A stretch of 64,000 nucleotides of DNA from positions 423,210 through 487,209 of the forward strand of contig CAAGKM010000030.1 in assembly GCA_900770395.1 (NCBI GenBank), in the 5' to 3' direction. The stretch is from an uncultured Prevotella sp. (GTDB lineage Bacteria; Bacteroidota; Bacteroidia; Bacteroidales; Bacteroidaceae). Both the position numbers and the translations under genes were made by a program. The notes below the pieces were generated by a model. The model searched no databases and was not told where the DNA came from. It worked only from the letters and a program-made list of their open reading frames with translations. Shown here one piece after another: positions 9,467 to 19,528 of the stretch; within the stretch, counting starts at the first letter, position 1; each line of letters starts with the position of its first letter.

Positions 9467-10267
9467 ATGTCAAGAACAAATTTTGACGCGCTGCTTCAGG
9501 CAGGTTGCCACTTCGGTCACCTCAAGCGCAAATGGTGTCCTGCAATGGCTCCATACATCTATACAGAGCGTAACGGTATTCACATCATAGATCTGCACAA
9601 GACTGTGGCCAAGATTGACGAGGCTGCTGACGCCTTGAAGCAGATCGCTAAATCGGGCAAGAAAATCTTGTTCGTAGCTACTAAAAAACAGACCAAGGAC
9701 GTGATTGCCGAGAAAGCAGCAAGCGTAAACATGCCATACGTTACTGAGCGCTGGCCAGGCGGTATGCTCACCAACTTCCCGACAATCCGCAAAGCTGTGA
9801 AGAAGATGGCGAACATCGACAAGCTCATGAACGACGGTACATACAGCAACCTCTCTAAGCGTGAGTTGCTGCAGGTTACCCGTCAGCGTGCTAAGCTGGA
9901 GAAGAACCTCGGCTCTATCGCTGACCTCACCCGTCTGCCTTCTGCACTCTTCGTTGTTGACGTGGTTAAGGAGCAGAATGCTGTTAAGGAGGCTTGCCGC
10001 CTTGGTATTCCTGTGTTCGGTATCGTTGATACCAACAGCAATCCTAAGGACATCGACTTTGTAATCCCAGCCAACGACGACGCTAAGGACAGCGTGGAGA
10101 TTATTCTCAACGCATGCTGCGGCGCTATCGCAGAGGGTATTGAGGAGCGCAAGGTAGAGAAGGCTGACGAGACTGCTGCCGCAGCTCAGGGCGATGCCAA
10201 GCGTGTTCGCAAGGCACGTAAGGACGAGCCAAAGGCTGAGGAGGCAGAGGAGGCTGCTGCTGAGTAA
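9467..10267 (+). CDS. rpsB: 30S ribosomal protein S2
   Basis: LLQAGCHFGHLKRKWCPAMAPYIYTERNGIHIIDL; acidic Ala/Glu-rich C-tail. Confidence 0.95.
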   Translation: MSRTNFDALLQAGCHFGHLKRKWCPAMAPYIYTERNGIHIIDLHKTVAKIDEAADALKQIAKSGKKILFVATKKQTKDVIAEKAASVNMPYVTERWPGGMLTNFPTIRKAVKKMANIDKLMNDGTYSNLSKRELLQVTRQRAKLEKNLGSIADLTRLPSALFVVDVVKEQNAVKEACRLGIPVFGIVDTNSNPKDIDFVIPANDDAKDSVEIILNACCGAIAEGIEERKVEKADETAAAAQGDAKRVRKARKDEPKAEEAEEAAAE

Positions 10268-10288
10268 TACGCACAACATAAAGATTTC

Positions 10289-10326
10289 ATTCCGCTTTCG
10301 GAACAATTAGTTTCCGGAAGCGGAAT
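10289..10326 (+). promoter_or_regulatory. Intercistronic hairpin between rpsB and tsf (candidate attenuator or processing site)
   Basis: ATTCCGCTTTCGGAA (10289-10303) and TTCCGGAAGCGGAAT (10312-10326) are near-perfect reverse complements with one mismatch; each arm is itself a small palindrome. No strong T-tract follows. Confidence 0.4.
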
Positions 10327-10369
10327 ACATAAAAACATTTAAAGTTCAACACTTAAAACAATTAAAGAC

Positions 10370-11371
10370 ATGGCAATTTCAATTGACGATATAAAGAAGC
10401 TGCGCGCAATGACCGGCGCCGGTCTTGCTGACGTGAAGAAGGCTCTGACCGAGGCTGAGGGTGATTTCGACAAGGCTAAGGACCTGCTTCGTGAGCGTGG
10501 TCTTGCAATTGCGGCAAAGCGTTCTGACCGTGAGACATCTAACGGTTGTGTGCTTGTGAAGAAGGATGGCAGCTTTGCAGCTATGCTCGCACTGAAGTGT
10601 GAGACTGACTTCGTGGCTAACGGTGCTGACTTCATCGCACTGACACAGAGCATCCTCGACGCAGCCATTGCTGCTAAGGCTCAGACTCTCGATGAGGTTA
10701 AGGATCTGAAGCTCGCTGATGGGCAGACAGCGCAAGAGGCTGTGACACAGCGCTCAGGCATCACAGGTGAGAAGATGGAGCTTGACGGCTATAATGTGCT
10801 CGAGGGCGACAACATCGAGGTTTACGATCACATGGGCAAGCACACTCTGTGCACCATGGTACAGCTCAACAAGGACTTTGCTGAGGCAGGTCACAAGGTT
10901 GCAATGCAGGTGGCTGCCATGAAGCCGGTGGCTCTTGACGAGGCGTCTGTTCCACAGGCTGTTATCGACGAGGAGTACAACGTTGCTGTTCAGAAGACCA
11001 AGGAGGAGCAGGTGGAGAAGGCTGTAATCAACGCCATCAAGAAGGCAGGCATCAATCCTAACCTTGTAGACAGCGAGGACCACATCGAGTCAAACATCAA
11101 CAAGGGATGGATCACACGTGAAGAGGCTGACAAGGCTATCGCAATTAAGGAGGAGACTGCTGCCGCCAAGGCTGCTAACCTCAACGAGCAGATGATTCAG
11201 AACATCGCTAAGGGACGTATGGCTAAGTTCTTCAAGGACAACTGTCTTGTTGATCAGGAGTTCCAGTTCAACGAGGGTACAGAGAAGATCAGCGTTGCCG
11301 CTTATCTGAAGACCATCGACAAGGAGCTTGTAATCAAGGCTTACAAGCGTTTCACTCTGGCTGCTGAGTAA
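10370..11371 (+). CDS. tsf: Elongation factor Ts
   Basis: N-terminal UBA-like KKLRAMTGAGLADVKKAL and the rest of the protein matches EF-Ts. Confidence 0.95.
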   Translation: MAISIDDIKKLRAMTGAGLADVKKALTEAEGDFDKAKDLLRERGLAIAAKRSDRETSNGCVLVKKDGSFAAMLALKCETDFVANGADFIALTQSILDAAIAAKAQTLDEVKDLKLADGQTAQEAVTQRSGITGEKMELDGYNVLEGDNIEVYDHMGKHTLCTMVQLNKDFAEAGHKVAMQVAAMKPVALDEASVPQAVIDEEYNVAVQKTKEEQVEKAVINAIKKAGINPNLVDSEDHIESNINKGWITREEADKAIAIKEETAAAKAANLNEQMIQNIAKGRMAKFFKDNCLVDQEFQFNEGTEKISVAAYLKTIDKELVIKAYKRFTLAAE

Positions 11372-11439
11372 ATCATCGCAAAACAGTGTGAGAAAGGCAA
11401 GGGTGGATTAATCCGAGCCGCAAATAAAAATAACATATT

Positions 11440-11476
11440 GGGAGTTTAGGTTTTAACGCCTTTACTCCCTTTTTTC
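11440..11476 (+). terminator. Weak terminator-like hairpin plus T-tract after tsf
   Basis: GGGAGT…ACTCCC stem with a long loop followed by TTTTTT. It lies only about 15 bp before the next start codon, so it may be an attenuator rather than a full terminator. Confidence 0.35.
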
Positions 11477-11491
11477 TTAAAAAGGTGTAAA

Positions 11492-12109
11492 ATGAAGATA
11501 TTTGCCGTAGGAATGAACTACATCATGCACAATAAAGAGCTTGATGGTACGTTATATAAACCAGAGTCACCAGTGATTTTCACCAAAGCCGATTCGTCGC
11601 TGCTGAAGGACAAAAAGCCTTTCTTCGTCCCTGACGACCTCGGACAGATAGATTATGAGACAGAGTTGGTGGTGAGGATATGTCGCTTGGGCAAGAGCAT
11701 ACCAGAGCGCTTCGCCCACAGATACTACGATGCAGTGACCGTGGGCATCGACTTTACCGCACGAGAGCTGCAGCGCAAGCTGCGTGATGCTGGACAGCCG
11801 TGGGACCTGTGCAAGGGATTTGACGGAGCAGCCGCAATAGGCGACTGGATGAGCGTTGAAAAATTCCGCGACATACAATCGGTACGCTTCCGTCTCGACA
11901 TCAACGGCAACACTGTGCAGCAGGGATTCAGCGGCGACATGCTGTTTAAGGTGGACGAGCTGATAGCCTACATCAGCCGATATTTCACGCTGAAGACGGG
12001 TGACATCATCTATACGGGCACTCCAATGGGAATAGGACCGGTGAAGATTGACGACCATCTTGAGGGATATATCGAAGACTACAAGGTGCTGGAGTTCAAC
12101 TGCAAGTGA
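11492..12109 (+). CDS. Fumarylacetoacetate hydrolase (FAH) family protein
   Basis: 205 aa FAH-fold pattern (IFAVGMNY…ETELVVRI…GTPMGIG). Confidence 0.8.
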   Translation: MKIFAVGMNYIMHNKELDGTLYKPESPVIFTKADSSLLKDKKPFFVPDDLGQIDYETELVVRICRLGKSIPERFAHRYYDAVTVGIDFTARELQRKLRDAGQPWDLCKGFDGAAAIGDWMSVEKFRDIQSVRFRLDINGNTVQQGFSGDMLFKVDELIAYISRYFTLKTGDIIYTGTPMGIGPVKIDDHLEGYIEDYKVLEFNCK

Positions 12110-12189
12110 TGCAGGTGTGAAATGTAGGAGGAGTAAATGAGTAGGGGAATAAAGAGAAGTTAAGAATATTAGAGAATTTATTAAGGTGT

Positions 12190-15100
12190 ATGTGTAAATT
12201 TAGAGCAATACTGCTTGCCGTAATGGCATTTGTTGCCGCTAATGGCAGCGCACAGGAATTCTTCAACCTCACTGCCGATGAGGTGAGGATAGACTCTGTG
12301 CTGCCTGTGTTTACATACACCAAACAGCTTGGAGCAAATTTTTCCGACTCGGTGTATGAGGCGCGCATAGCCTATCCTGAGTACATAGAGATGTCGAAAG
12401 CCGACATTGAGCGGTATAAGCGCATCAGTGGCAAGCCTCTGCCGAAACTTCCCGTGGTCAACAGCTATGTGGCGGTGGATCGCAAGCAGGGCGTTCTTGA
12501 CGTGGCGTTTGTGCCATTGGTGAAACAAGGAGGAAAATATAAGAAATTGGCGAGCTTCAAGCTTGACATCATCGCAAAGGCGCGCCCTAAGCGTGCAAGA
12601 GCGGCAAGGGAAGGACAGGGTGATGTCGGGAATGCAGCCCAGCGCTATGCCGCCCACTCGGTGATGGCTATGGGCAAATGGGCGAAGATACGTGTGCCGT
12701 CGACAGGCATCTACAATCTCACTGCCGATGTCATACGCCGCGCAGGATTCAGCAATCCCGACAAGGTGAGGATTTACGGCTATGGCGGAAACCTGCAGCC
12801 CGAGGTGCTCACTGCCGACTATCTTGCTGAGACCGACGACCTGAAGGAGGTGCCCACTGTGCAGGTGGGAGGAAAGCGCCTGTTTTGGGCAAAGGGTCCC
12901 GTGTATTTCAACGGCGAGCCGATGAACACTACGGGAACAGGCATAGGCAACCGTGTGAGAAACACTTACTCGGACTACGGCTATTATCTTATAACCGAGG
13001 GCAGCGGTGAGCCGGCACATATAAGCAGTGAGGAACTTTTGGCAATAGCCGATGCCAGCGGTTACTATCACAACGCACTTTACGAGGTGGATGACTTTGC
13101 ATGGTTCCATGGCGGCCGCCATCTGTTTAACTCGCAGGCGATAACCGCCGGCAACCAGGCAACCTACACCATCAATATGCCTCAGGCGGCAGACGATAAA
13201 GGCAAAGACCTGAGTATGAAAGTGAAGGTTGTGCTCAGTGCCGATGCCGCAACATCGGCAAGCGTCACACTCAACGGCGGGCAGCTGTGCAACATGTCCA
13301 TAGGAAATCCGGCATTATACAGTGAGGCGACAGTGGTGTCAAGTGTAACCAGCACGCACAGCAGCAGCGAGACACTTGACTTCACTATAAAAAATAACAC
13401 AGCCGGAAATCTCCGCCTGGACTATATATGGGTGTATAGGGACGAGGCAATGTCGCTGCCCGACATAGCTGCCACAACATTCCCCTCACCAGAGTTTGTG
13501 TACGGCGTGACCAACCAGGACCTGCACTCACACACCTCCGCCGACATGATAATCATCATTCCGGCAAGCCAGAACATGAAGGCGCAGGCCGAGCGTCTGA
13601 AGGCGCTGCATGAGCAGAAGGACGGAATGACAGTGAGGATAGTGCCAGCCGACGAGATATTCAACGAGTTTTCGAGCGGCACGCCCGACGCCACAGCCTA
13701 CAAGCGATACTTGAAGATGCTCTACGACCGCGCAACCACGGCTGAGGAGGCGCCAGGGTATCTGCTGCTCATGGGCGACTGCGCATGGGACAACAGAATG
13801 AACTGCAAGGAGTGGAGCGCTTATTCGCCCGACAATTTCCTGCTGTCGTATGAGAGCGAGAACTCAGTGAGCCATACCGACAACTACGTCACCGATGATT
13901 TCTTCTGCCTGCTCGACGATAATGAGGCGATAGAGACCACAGGCACATATAAGTTTACCGGGAAGATGGACATCGCCGTGGGACGCATTCCCGCCAGTAA
14001 TGCCGACGAGGCAAAGATTGCCGTGGACAAGATCGTGGCGTATGCCAACAACGATAACCCGGGCATCTGGCAGAACACCATCGTGATAATGGGTGACGAC
14101 GGTGACAACAACAGCCACATGCAGCAGGCGGAGAATATAGCAAAGGACATTGAGACTGCTCACCCCTCATACGACGTGAGGAGGATAATGTGGGACGCAT
14201 ACAAGATGGAGGTGTCGTCGACCGGATACAGCTATCCCGAGGTGACCAATATCGTAAAGGACTATATCGCCAACGGAGCGCTGATAATGAACTACACCGG
14301 CCATGGATCGCCACACAGCATGTCGCATGAGTATGCCATCACTGCTCCTGACCTTGTAAAAGCCAAGAACAAGAACCTGCCTTTATGGGTTGCCGCATCA
14401 TGCGACATTACTCCATACGACAGCCGTGAGGATAATTTCGGCGAGGGAGCGCTGTTCAACAGCAATGGCGGGGCGGTGGCTTTCTTAGGCGCGGCGCGCA
14501 CCGTGTACTCATCATACAACCAGCACGTCAACCGCAACTTCATGCAGGAGATGCTCAACATCGATGGCGGAAAGGTGGGCATGGGTGAGGCTGTGCGCAG
14601 GAGCAAGAACCGACTGGTGGAGCGTCCCTCTGAGAATGTATCGTATCAGGACGCATCATCAAACAAGTTGCAGTATGCGCTGCTGGGTGACCCCGCCCTT
14701 TGTCTTGCCATACCGGCAGCCACGGCTGTTGTAGACAGCATAGACGGCAAACCTGTGACCGAGGGTCTGCGGACACTGAAAGCAGGCGAGGTGGTGACTG
14801 TGACGGGACACATCGAGAACGGCGGTGTGACGAGCGAGAGCTTCAACGGCAGCGTCACAACGGTGGTGCAGGACGTTGTCCAACACGTGGTGTGCAATCT
14901 CAGTCTTGCGGCAAAAAGAGCATCGGGAAGTGATGTGCAGCCGTTTGAGTTTGACATGCGCCAGAACAATATTTTCAAGGGCTCTGACAACGTGCGTAAC
15001 GGTCGTTTCAGCTTCTCGTTCGCAGTGCCCAAGGATATCAGCTACAGCGATGAGACAGGCAGGATTATACTCTATGCGGTGAGCGACGACAACACCGTGA

Positions 15101-15816
15101 CCGCCGCAGGATGGAGCGAGATGATAGCGTTCAACGGTTTTGACGAGGCAAAGACCGACTCGCTCGGACCCTCGGTGTTCTGCTACCTCAACGAGGAGCG
15201 TTTCACCAACGGCGACGTGGTGAACGCTGCTCCATATTTTGTGGCGCAGCTCTACGATGAGGACGGTATCAACGCCTCGGGCAGCGGCATAGGCCACAAC
15301 ATGCAGCTCGTGATTGACGGTGACATGAACAAGACGTACAATCTAAACGATTACTTCACCTACGACTTCGGAAGCTACCAGAGCGGCACGGTGGGATACA
15401 GCATACCTGCTCTTGAGCCAGGCAACCACACGCTGACATTCCGCGCATGGGACGTGCTCAACAACTCTACAACGGCGCAGCTCAACTTCCGTGTGGAGCA
15501 TGGTATGCAGCCCAAACTGATTGACATCAGCTGCACGCGCAATCCAGCGAGGGAGAGCACGCAGTTCTGCATCGTGAGCGACCGCATAGGCACCGACATC
15601 GACTTTGTGATAGACGTGTTCGACATCTCAGGCAGGCATCTGTGGAGCCATGCTGCAACGGCAAACCCGGGAATCGGTGGAGTGTTTGTTGACTGGGACC
15701 TGTCGATGAGCGGCGGCGGACGCCTGTCAACGGGAGTATATCTCTACCGTGTGAGGGTTAAGGCTGAGGGCAGCGCGTATGCCTCGAAGGCGAAGAAACT
15801 GGTAATAACACAATAA
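12190..15816 (+). CDS. porU: Type IX secretion system sortase PorU (C25/gingipain-like peptidase family)
   Basis: 1208 aa with a signal peptide and the C25-like catalytic region (…YTGHGSPHSMSHE…AASCDIT…). It sits directly upstream of porV, the conserved PorU-PorV arrangement. Confidence 0.85.
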   Translation: MCKFRAILLAVMAFVAANGSAQEFFNLTADEVRIDSVLPVFTYTKQLGANFSDSVYEARIAYPEYIEMSKADIERYKRISGKPLPKLPVVNSYVAVDRKQGVLDVAFVPLVKQGGKYKKLASFKLDIIAKARPKRARAAREGQGDVGNAAQRYAAHSVMAMGKWAKIRVPSTGIYNLTADVIRRAGFSNPDKVRIYGYGGNLQPEVLTADYLAETDDLKEVPTVQVGGKRLFWAKGPVYFNGEPMNTTGTGIGNRVRNTYSDYGYYLITEGSGEPAHISSEELLAIADASGYYHNALYEVDDFAWFHGGRHLFNSQAITAGNQATYTINMPQAADDKGKDLSMKVKVVLSADAATSASVTLNGGQLCNMSIGNPALYSEATVVSSVTSTHSSSETLDFTIKNNTAGNLRLDYIWVYRDEAMSLPDIAATTFPSPEFVYGVTNQDLHSHTSADMIIIIPASQNMKAQAERLKALHEQKDGMTVRIVPADEIFNEFSSGTPDATAYKRYLKMLYDRATTAEEAPGYLLLMGDCAWDNRMNCKEWSAYSPDNFLLSYESENSVSHTDNYVTDDFFCLLDDNEAIETTGTYKFTGKMDIAVGRIPASNADEAKIAVDKIVAYANNDNPGIWQNTIVIMGDDGDNNSHMQQAENIAKDIETAHPSYDVRRIMWDAYKMEVSSTGYSYPEVTNIVKDYIANGALIMNYTGHGSPHSMSHEYAITAPDLVKAKNKNLPLWVAASCDITPYDSREDNFGEGALFNSNGGAVAFLGAARTVYSSYNQHVNRNFMQEMLNIDGGKVGMGEAVRRSKNRLVERPSENVSYQDASSNKLQYALLGDPALCLAIPAATAVVDSIDGKPVTEGLRTLKAGEVVTVTGHIENGGVTSESFNGSVTTVVQDVVQHVVCNLSLAAKRASGSDVQPFEFDMRQNNIFKGSDNVRNGRFSFSFAVPKDISYSDETGRIILYAVSDDNTVTAAGWSEMIAFNGFDEAKTDSLGPSVFCYLNEERFTNGDVVNAAPYFVAQLYDEDGINASGSGIGHNMQLVIDGDMNKTYNLNDYFTYDFGSYQSGTVGYSIPALEPGNHTLTFRAWDVLNNSTTAQLNFRVEHGMQPKLIDISCTRNPARESTQFCIVSDRIGTDIDFVIDVFDISGRHLWSHAATANPGIGGVFVDWDLSMSGGGRLSTGVYLYRVRVKAEGSAYASKAKKLVITQ

Positions 15817-15855
15817 AGTAGGGAAATCTGACAATAACATAATAAAAAACGGAAT

Positions 15856-17028
15856 ATGACAATAAGAAATAAAATAGCAGTAGCGGCGCTCCTTGTGATT
15901 GTAAGCATTGCCGCAAAGGCTGAGGGTGACGGAAAACTTATAAAGTTTAATCCCGTGGACCATGCCGTAATCTCACAGGTGATAGCTCCTGATGCCCGTG
16001 CCGCCGGTATGGGTGATGTGGGTGTCGCCACCGACCCTGATGTCAACTCGCAGTTCTGGAACCCCGCCAAGTATCCGTTCTGCATCAGCCGTGCGGGACT
16101 GTCGCTCAACTACACTCCGTGGCTGCGCCAGCTGGTTAACGACATCGATCTGGCATACGTCTCGGGATATTACCGCATCGGCGACTACAGTGCCGTCTCG
16201 GGCTCTATCCGTTATTTCTCGCTCGGCGAGGTGTTCACCTCTGGTGACGACAATGCCATGTCTGTGAATCCCTACGAGATGTCGGTTGACGTGGCATACT
16301 CGCTTATGCTGAGCGAGAAGTTCTCACTCGCCGCCGGAATCCGCTGGATTTACTCTGATCTGCGCTACGACTACAGCGAGGACTCATCGCCGGCATCAGC
16401 CTTTGCCGCTGACATCGCGATGTACTACAACAACTACATCAACATCGGTCCACGCGAGTGTCAGTTGGGACTTGGTATGAACATCAGCAACATAGGCAGC
16501 AAGATTTCCTATTTCGGCGATGACCGCAGCCAGTTTCTGCCTGCCAACCTGCGCATTGGCGCCTCGCTGATGATACCTGTGGACGAGTACAACCGCTTCA
16601 CCATCGCAGCCGACGCCAACAAGCTGCTCGTGCCCACCGTGCCCGTGCAGAAGGAGGGCGAGAGCGCTTCGGAATATCAGGACCGTGTGGTGAGGGAGTA
16701 CAGCGACGTGAGTTCCATCTCGGGTATATTCAAGAGCTTCGGCGACGCTCCTGGCGGATTTAAGGAGGAGCTGCAGGAGATACAGTGGAGCGTGGGAGCT
16801 GAGTATGTGTATCACGACCAGTTCTCGCTGCGCGCGGGCTATCACCACCAGAGCGAGAACAAGGGCAACAATCAATACTTCACCGTGGGCGGAGGCTTCC
16901 GCATGAATGTGTTCTCGCTCGACGTGGGATATGTCATTGCCACAGCAAAGAGCAATCCTTTGGACCAGACGCTTCGCTTCTCGCTGTCGTTCGACATGGA
17001 CGGCATCAAGGATTTGTTCAAGAGATAA
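15856..17028 (+). CDS. porV: Type IX secretion outer-membrane beta-barrel protein PorV (LptO)
   Basis: 390 aa with a signal peptide and a FadL-like OM-channel pattern (NPAKYPF…); immediately follows porU. Confidence 0.85.
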   Translation: MTIRNKIAVAALLVIVSIAAKAEGDGKLIKFNPVDHAVISQVIAPDARAAGMGDVGVATDPDVNSQFWNPAKYPFCISRAGLSLNYTPWLRQLVNDIDLAYVSGYYRIGDYSAVSGSIRYFSLGEVFTSGDDNAMSVNPYEMSVDVAYSLMLSEKFSLAAGIRWIYSDLRYDYSEDSSPASAFAADIAMYYNNYINIGPRECQLGLGMNISNIGSKISYFGDDRSQFLPANLRIGASLMIPVDEYNRFTIAADANKLLVPTVPVQKEGESASEYQDRVVREYSDVSSISGIFKSFGDAPGGFKEELQEIQWSVGAEYVYHDQFSLRAGYHHQSENKGNNQYFTVGGGFRMNVFSLDVGYVIATAKSNPLDQTLRFSLSFDMDGIKDLFKR

Positions 17029-17091
17029 GGGGATAAGAATAGAATTATAGAAAGTAATAAGTTATATATAATATATAAACAGTAAGGAGAT

Positions 17092-17568
17092 ATGAGGATA
17101 CGTGTTGGTATGGGCTATGATGTCCATCAGTTGGTGGAGGGCCGCGACCTGTGGATGGGCGGCATAAGGATTAAACACTCTAAGGGACTATTGGGTCACA
17201 GCGACGCCGACGTGCTTATCCACGCTATTTGCGACGCTCTGCTCGGTGCAGCCAACATGCGTGATATCGGCTATCACTTCCCCGACACCTCGGCAGAGAC
17301 TGACGGTATGGACAGTAAGATAATCCTCCGAAAAACCATTGAGTTAATTGCTACAAAGGGCTACACACTTGTAAACATCGATGCCACCATCTGCGCCGAA
17401 CGTCCCAAAATGAATCCTCACATTCCGGCAATGAAAGAATGTATGGCTGGAGTCATAGGCTGCGAGACTGACGACATATCAATAAAGGCCACCACCACTG
17501 AGAAGCTCGGCTTCACCGGACGTGAGGAGGGGATATCTGCTTATGCCGTGGTGCTGATAAGCAAATAA
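17092..17568 (+). CDS. ispF: 2-C-methyl-D-erythritol 2,4-cyclodiphosphate synthase
   Basis: RIGMGYDVHQL…GHSDADVLIHAICDALLGA… is the canonical IspF sequence. Confidence 0.95.
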   Translation: MRIRVGMGYDVHQLVEGRDLWMGGIRIKHSKGLLGHSDADVLIHAICDALLGAANMRDIGYHFPDTSAETDGMDSKIILRKTIELIATKGYTLVNIDATICAERPKMNPHIPAMKECMAGVIGCETDDISIKATTTEKLGFTGREEGISAYAVVLISK

Positions 17569-17876
17569 TATGTCAAGGAATTGCTTACCACTGCTGAAAA
17601 TCAATACCATACCCGATTCATGAAACAAGTGAGGTACAAACTCCGTTAAATAGCAACCAAAACATAATGGAAAGACAGGGAAATGGGGTTAAAACAGCAG
17701 AATCACGCTATAACGGGATAATCTTTCAGCTTTTCGTTCTGTTCAAGCACTTTACGCATAATAACGTAATGGTTTTAGCGAGAATTGTATTAATTTTGCG
17801 GTACGGACAATAATCTCGTTTTGAACTTTCATGCTCTAATGGGACATTTGTCACATCGATTGTCGATTATTTGTTG

Positions 17877-17884
17877 TAACTTTG
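17877..17884 (+). promoter_or_regulatory. -7 box TAACTTTG upstream of the DKNYY gene
   Basis: TAnnTTTG, 34 bp before the ATG at 17918, in an AT-rich spacer. Confidence 0.4.
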
Positions 17885-17917
17885 CTTAATTACAGATAAT
17901 AGACTCAAATAAAACAG

Positions 17918-19078
17918 ATGAAGTCATATCAAATATACTCTATAATATCAGTTGTTGTTCTGGGATTACTGACACTCACGTCATGTTCAGTGGGATATAA
18001 AAATGACGGTAACGAAGTGACATGGCATACTTGGAACGAAGGCAACGGACATAATTCACGCAAGGTTGATGCCGACCCTGAAACATTTGAGGTATTGGAC
18101 GATGATTATGGTCGGGACAAAACGCACGCTTTCTATCGTGGTGATATAATAAAAGGTGCGGATGGTCAATCTTTTCGGGTGCTCGAAAAAGGCTATGCCG
18201 CTGATGCATCTAATGTATATGATTCCGGAAAGTTGCTTAAAGGGGCAGACCCCGCCTCTTTCAAAGTTCATTCTTATGAATTGACTGAGGATAAGAATGA
18301 CTTTTACAATAATGGCAAGGCCTTAAATGTAAGGGATAAAGCTTCATTTGAGATTCTGAAATATAGTTCAGGTGAAAATTCAAGTTGGGGAAAAGATAAG
18401 TACAACGGATATTACCTGAATGGTATGGTAATTCCAAACATCGATTACGCCACATTTCATCCCATAGATGCAAAGAGTCCAGTTCAATCAGGATGCTATG
18501 CTGCCGATAAATATAGAGTATTTTTTATGGAGAAAGAGATACCCGGCGCAGACCCGGCTACTTTCAGGGTTGTGGATTTCTATATCGGGCAGGATAAGAA
18601 CAGGGCTTACCAAAAGGGAGAACCGACACAGATAAAAGATTACACTAAACTTACTCAATTAGGAAGATTGATGTATTCTGACGGGACGCATATCTACGAT
18701 TTACATTTTAATATTCTTTCTGAAGCTGACGTCGCAACCTTCGAGCATATTTCCGACAACTGGTATAAAGATGCGTCACATGTATGGTGGAGCAATAAAT
18801 TGGTTAACGGTGCAGATCCAAAGACCTTCCAACCAGTGCCTGTCTCATCATATTATTCGGGAAATAAAGAAAGTATGGGATGTGATTTCAACTATGGGAA
18901 AGATAGCAGGCATGTTTTTTTGAACGATTCTATAATTTCCGGTGCCGATGCCGCAAGTTTTGAAAAAATAGATTTCCCCGATGGTGATAGCTGGACAGTA
19001 TTCGACCGTCATCGTGTGTATCAAGGCAAAGATTCTCCACAACTCAGAGAATACCTGAAAAAGAAATATGGCAAATGA
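17918..19078 (+). CDS. DKNYY-repeat lipoprotein (function unknown)
   Basis: Lipoprotein signal (…LTLTSCS). Internal repeats with DKTHAFY / EDKNDFYNNG / GKDKYNGYY / GQDKNRAYQKG and recurring GADPA(S/T)F motifs. The gene is AT-rich relative to its neighbours. Confidence 0.65.
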   Translation: MKSYQIYSIISVVVLGLLTLTSCSVGYKNDGNEVTWHTWNEGNGHNSRKVDADPETFEVLDDDYGRDKTHAFYRGDIIKGADGQSFRVLEKGYAADASNVYDSGKLLKGADPASFKVHSYELTEDKNDFYNNGKALNVRDKASFEILKYSSGENSSWGKDKYNGYYLNGMVIPNIDYATFHPIDAKSPVQSGCYAADKYRVFFMEKEIPGADPATFRVVDFYIGQDKNRAYQKGEPTQIKDYTKLTQLGRLMYSDGTHIYDLHFNILSEADVATFEHISDNWYKDASHVWWSNKLVNGADPKTFQPVPVSSYYSGNKESMGCDFNYGKDSRHVFLNDSIISGADAASFEKIDFPDGDSWTVFDRHRVYQGKDSPQLREYLKKKYGK

Positions 19079-19254
19079 TGGATCAAATTGGTAAATTCAT
19101 AGTTTTGGCTGTTGTTATGTTCTTATTCATGTTCAGCCTGATATTCTGCTTCGACTCGCCCGACACGTCGACCAATACCCTATTGGTCAGTGCAAACGTG
19201 ATGTTTTGGGGAGGTATTCTCTGGCTCATTAACAGGAAAGGAGGCAAGCGATGA
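19075..19254 (+). CDS. Small hydrophobic membrane protein (59 aa), hypothetical
   Basis: An ATG overlaps the DKNYY stop (ATGATGG). It encodes MMDQIGKFIVLAVVMFLFMFSLIFCFDSPDTSTNTLLVSANVMFWGGILWLINRKGGKR, with two predicted TM segments. Below the 60-aa track cutoff. Confidence 0.3.
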   Translation: MMDQIGKFIVLAVVMFLFMFSLIFCFDSPDTSTNTLLVSANVMFWGGILWLINRKGGKR

Positions 19255-19482
19255 AACATCCATACAAAGAATACGAGTCATCCAGATTTTGGGAAATCGT
19301 AAAATCTTCAATAGAAGAATTAGTTGAAAATAATTATATTTAAGTTTTGCGGAAAGAAAACAAAATCGAAACAAGTGAAAACAAAGCAACCAAAAGAAGA
19401 GTAATATATTGGTATTCAATTATAATTGATTGTACTTTTTGATTCCCTTGTAGAAATATAAATTTCCATAAATTACTTATGT

Positions 19483-19505
19483 TTGTTGCGTTTTTGTTAC
19501 GCGGA
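19483..19505. repeat. Left copy of an imperfect direct repeat (candidate attL core)
   Basis: TTTGTTGCGTTTTTGTTACGCGG matches the sequence at 36611-36633 at 19-20 of 23 positions, including an exact 9-mer TTTGTTGCG; about 75 bp upstream of the first integrase. Confidence 0.3.
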
Positions 19506-19520
19506 ACAAATTGTTTTTAG

Positions 19521-19528
19521 TACCTTTG
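19521..19528 (+). promoter_or_regulatory. -7 box TACCTTTG upstream of the first integrase
   Basis: TAnnTTTG, 52 bp before the ATG at 19580. Confidence 0.45.

Noticed and set aside
9470-10306. 278-aa minus-strand ORF covering rpsB
   Set aside because: Antisense to the unmistakable ribosomal protein S2 gene.
12181-13122. 313-aa minus-strand ORF overlapping the porU 5' region
   Set aside because: Antisense to porU; Cys/His/Arg-rich low-complexity translation; no start context or promoter.
14659-15297. 212-aa minus-strand ORF (and several 60-130 aa ORFs at 13.8-15.7 kb) inside porU
   Set aside because: All antisense or out-of-frame relative to the porU reading frame; Arg/Cys-rich compositions typical of spurious frames.
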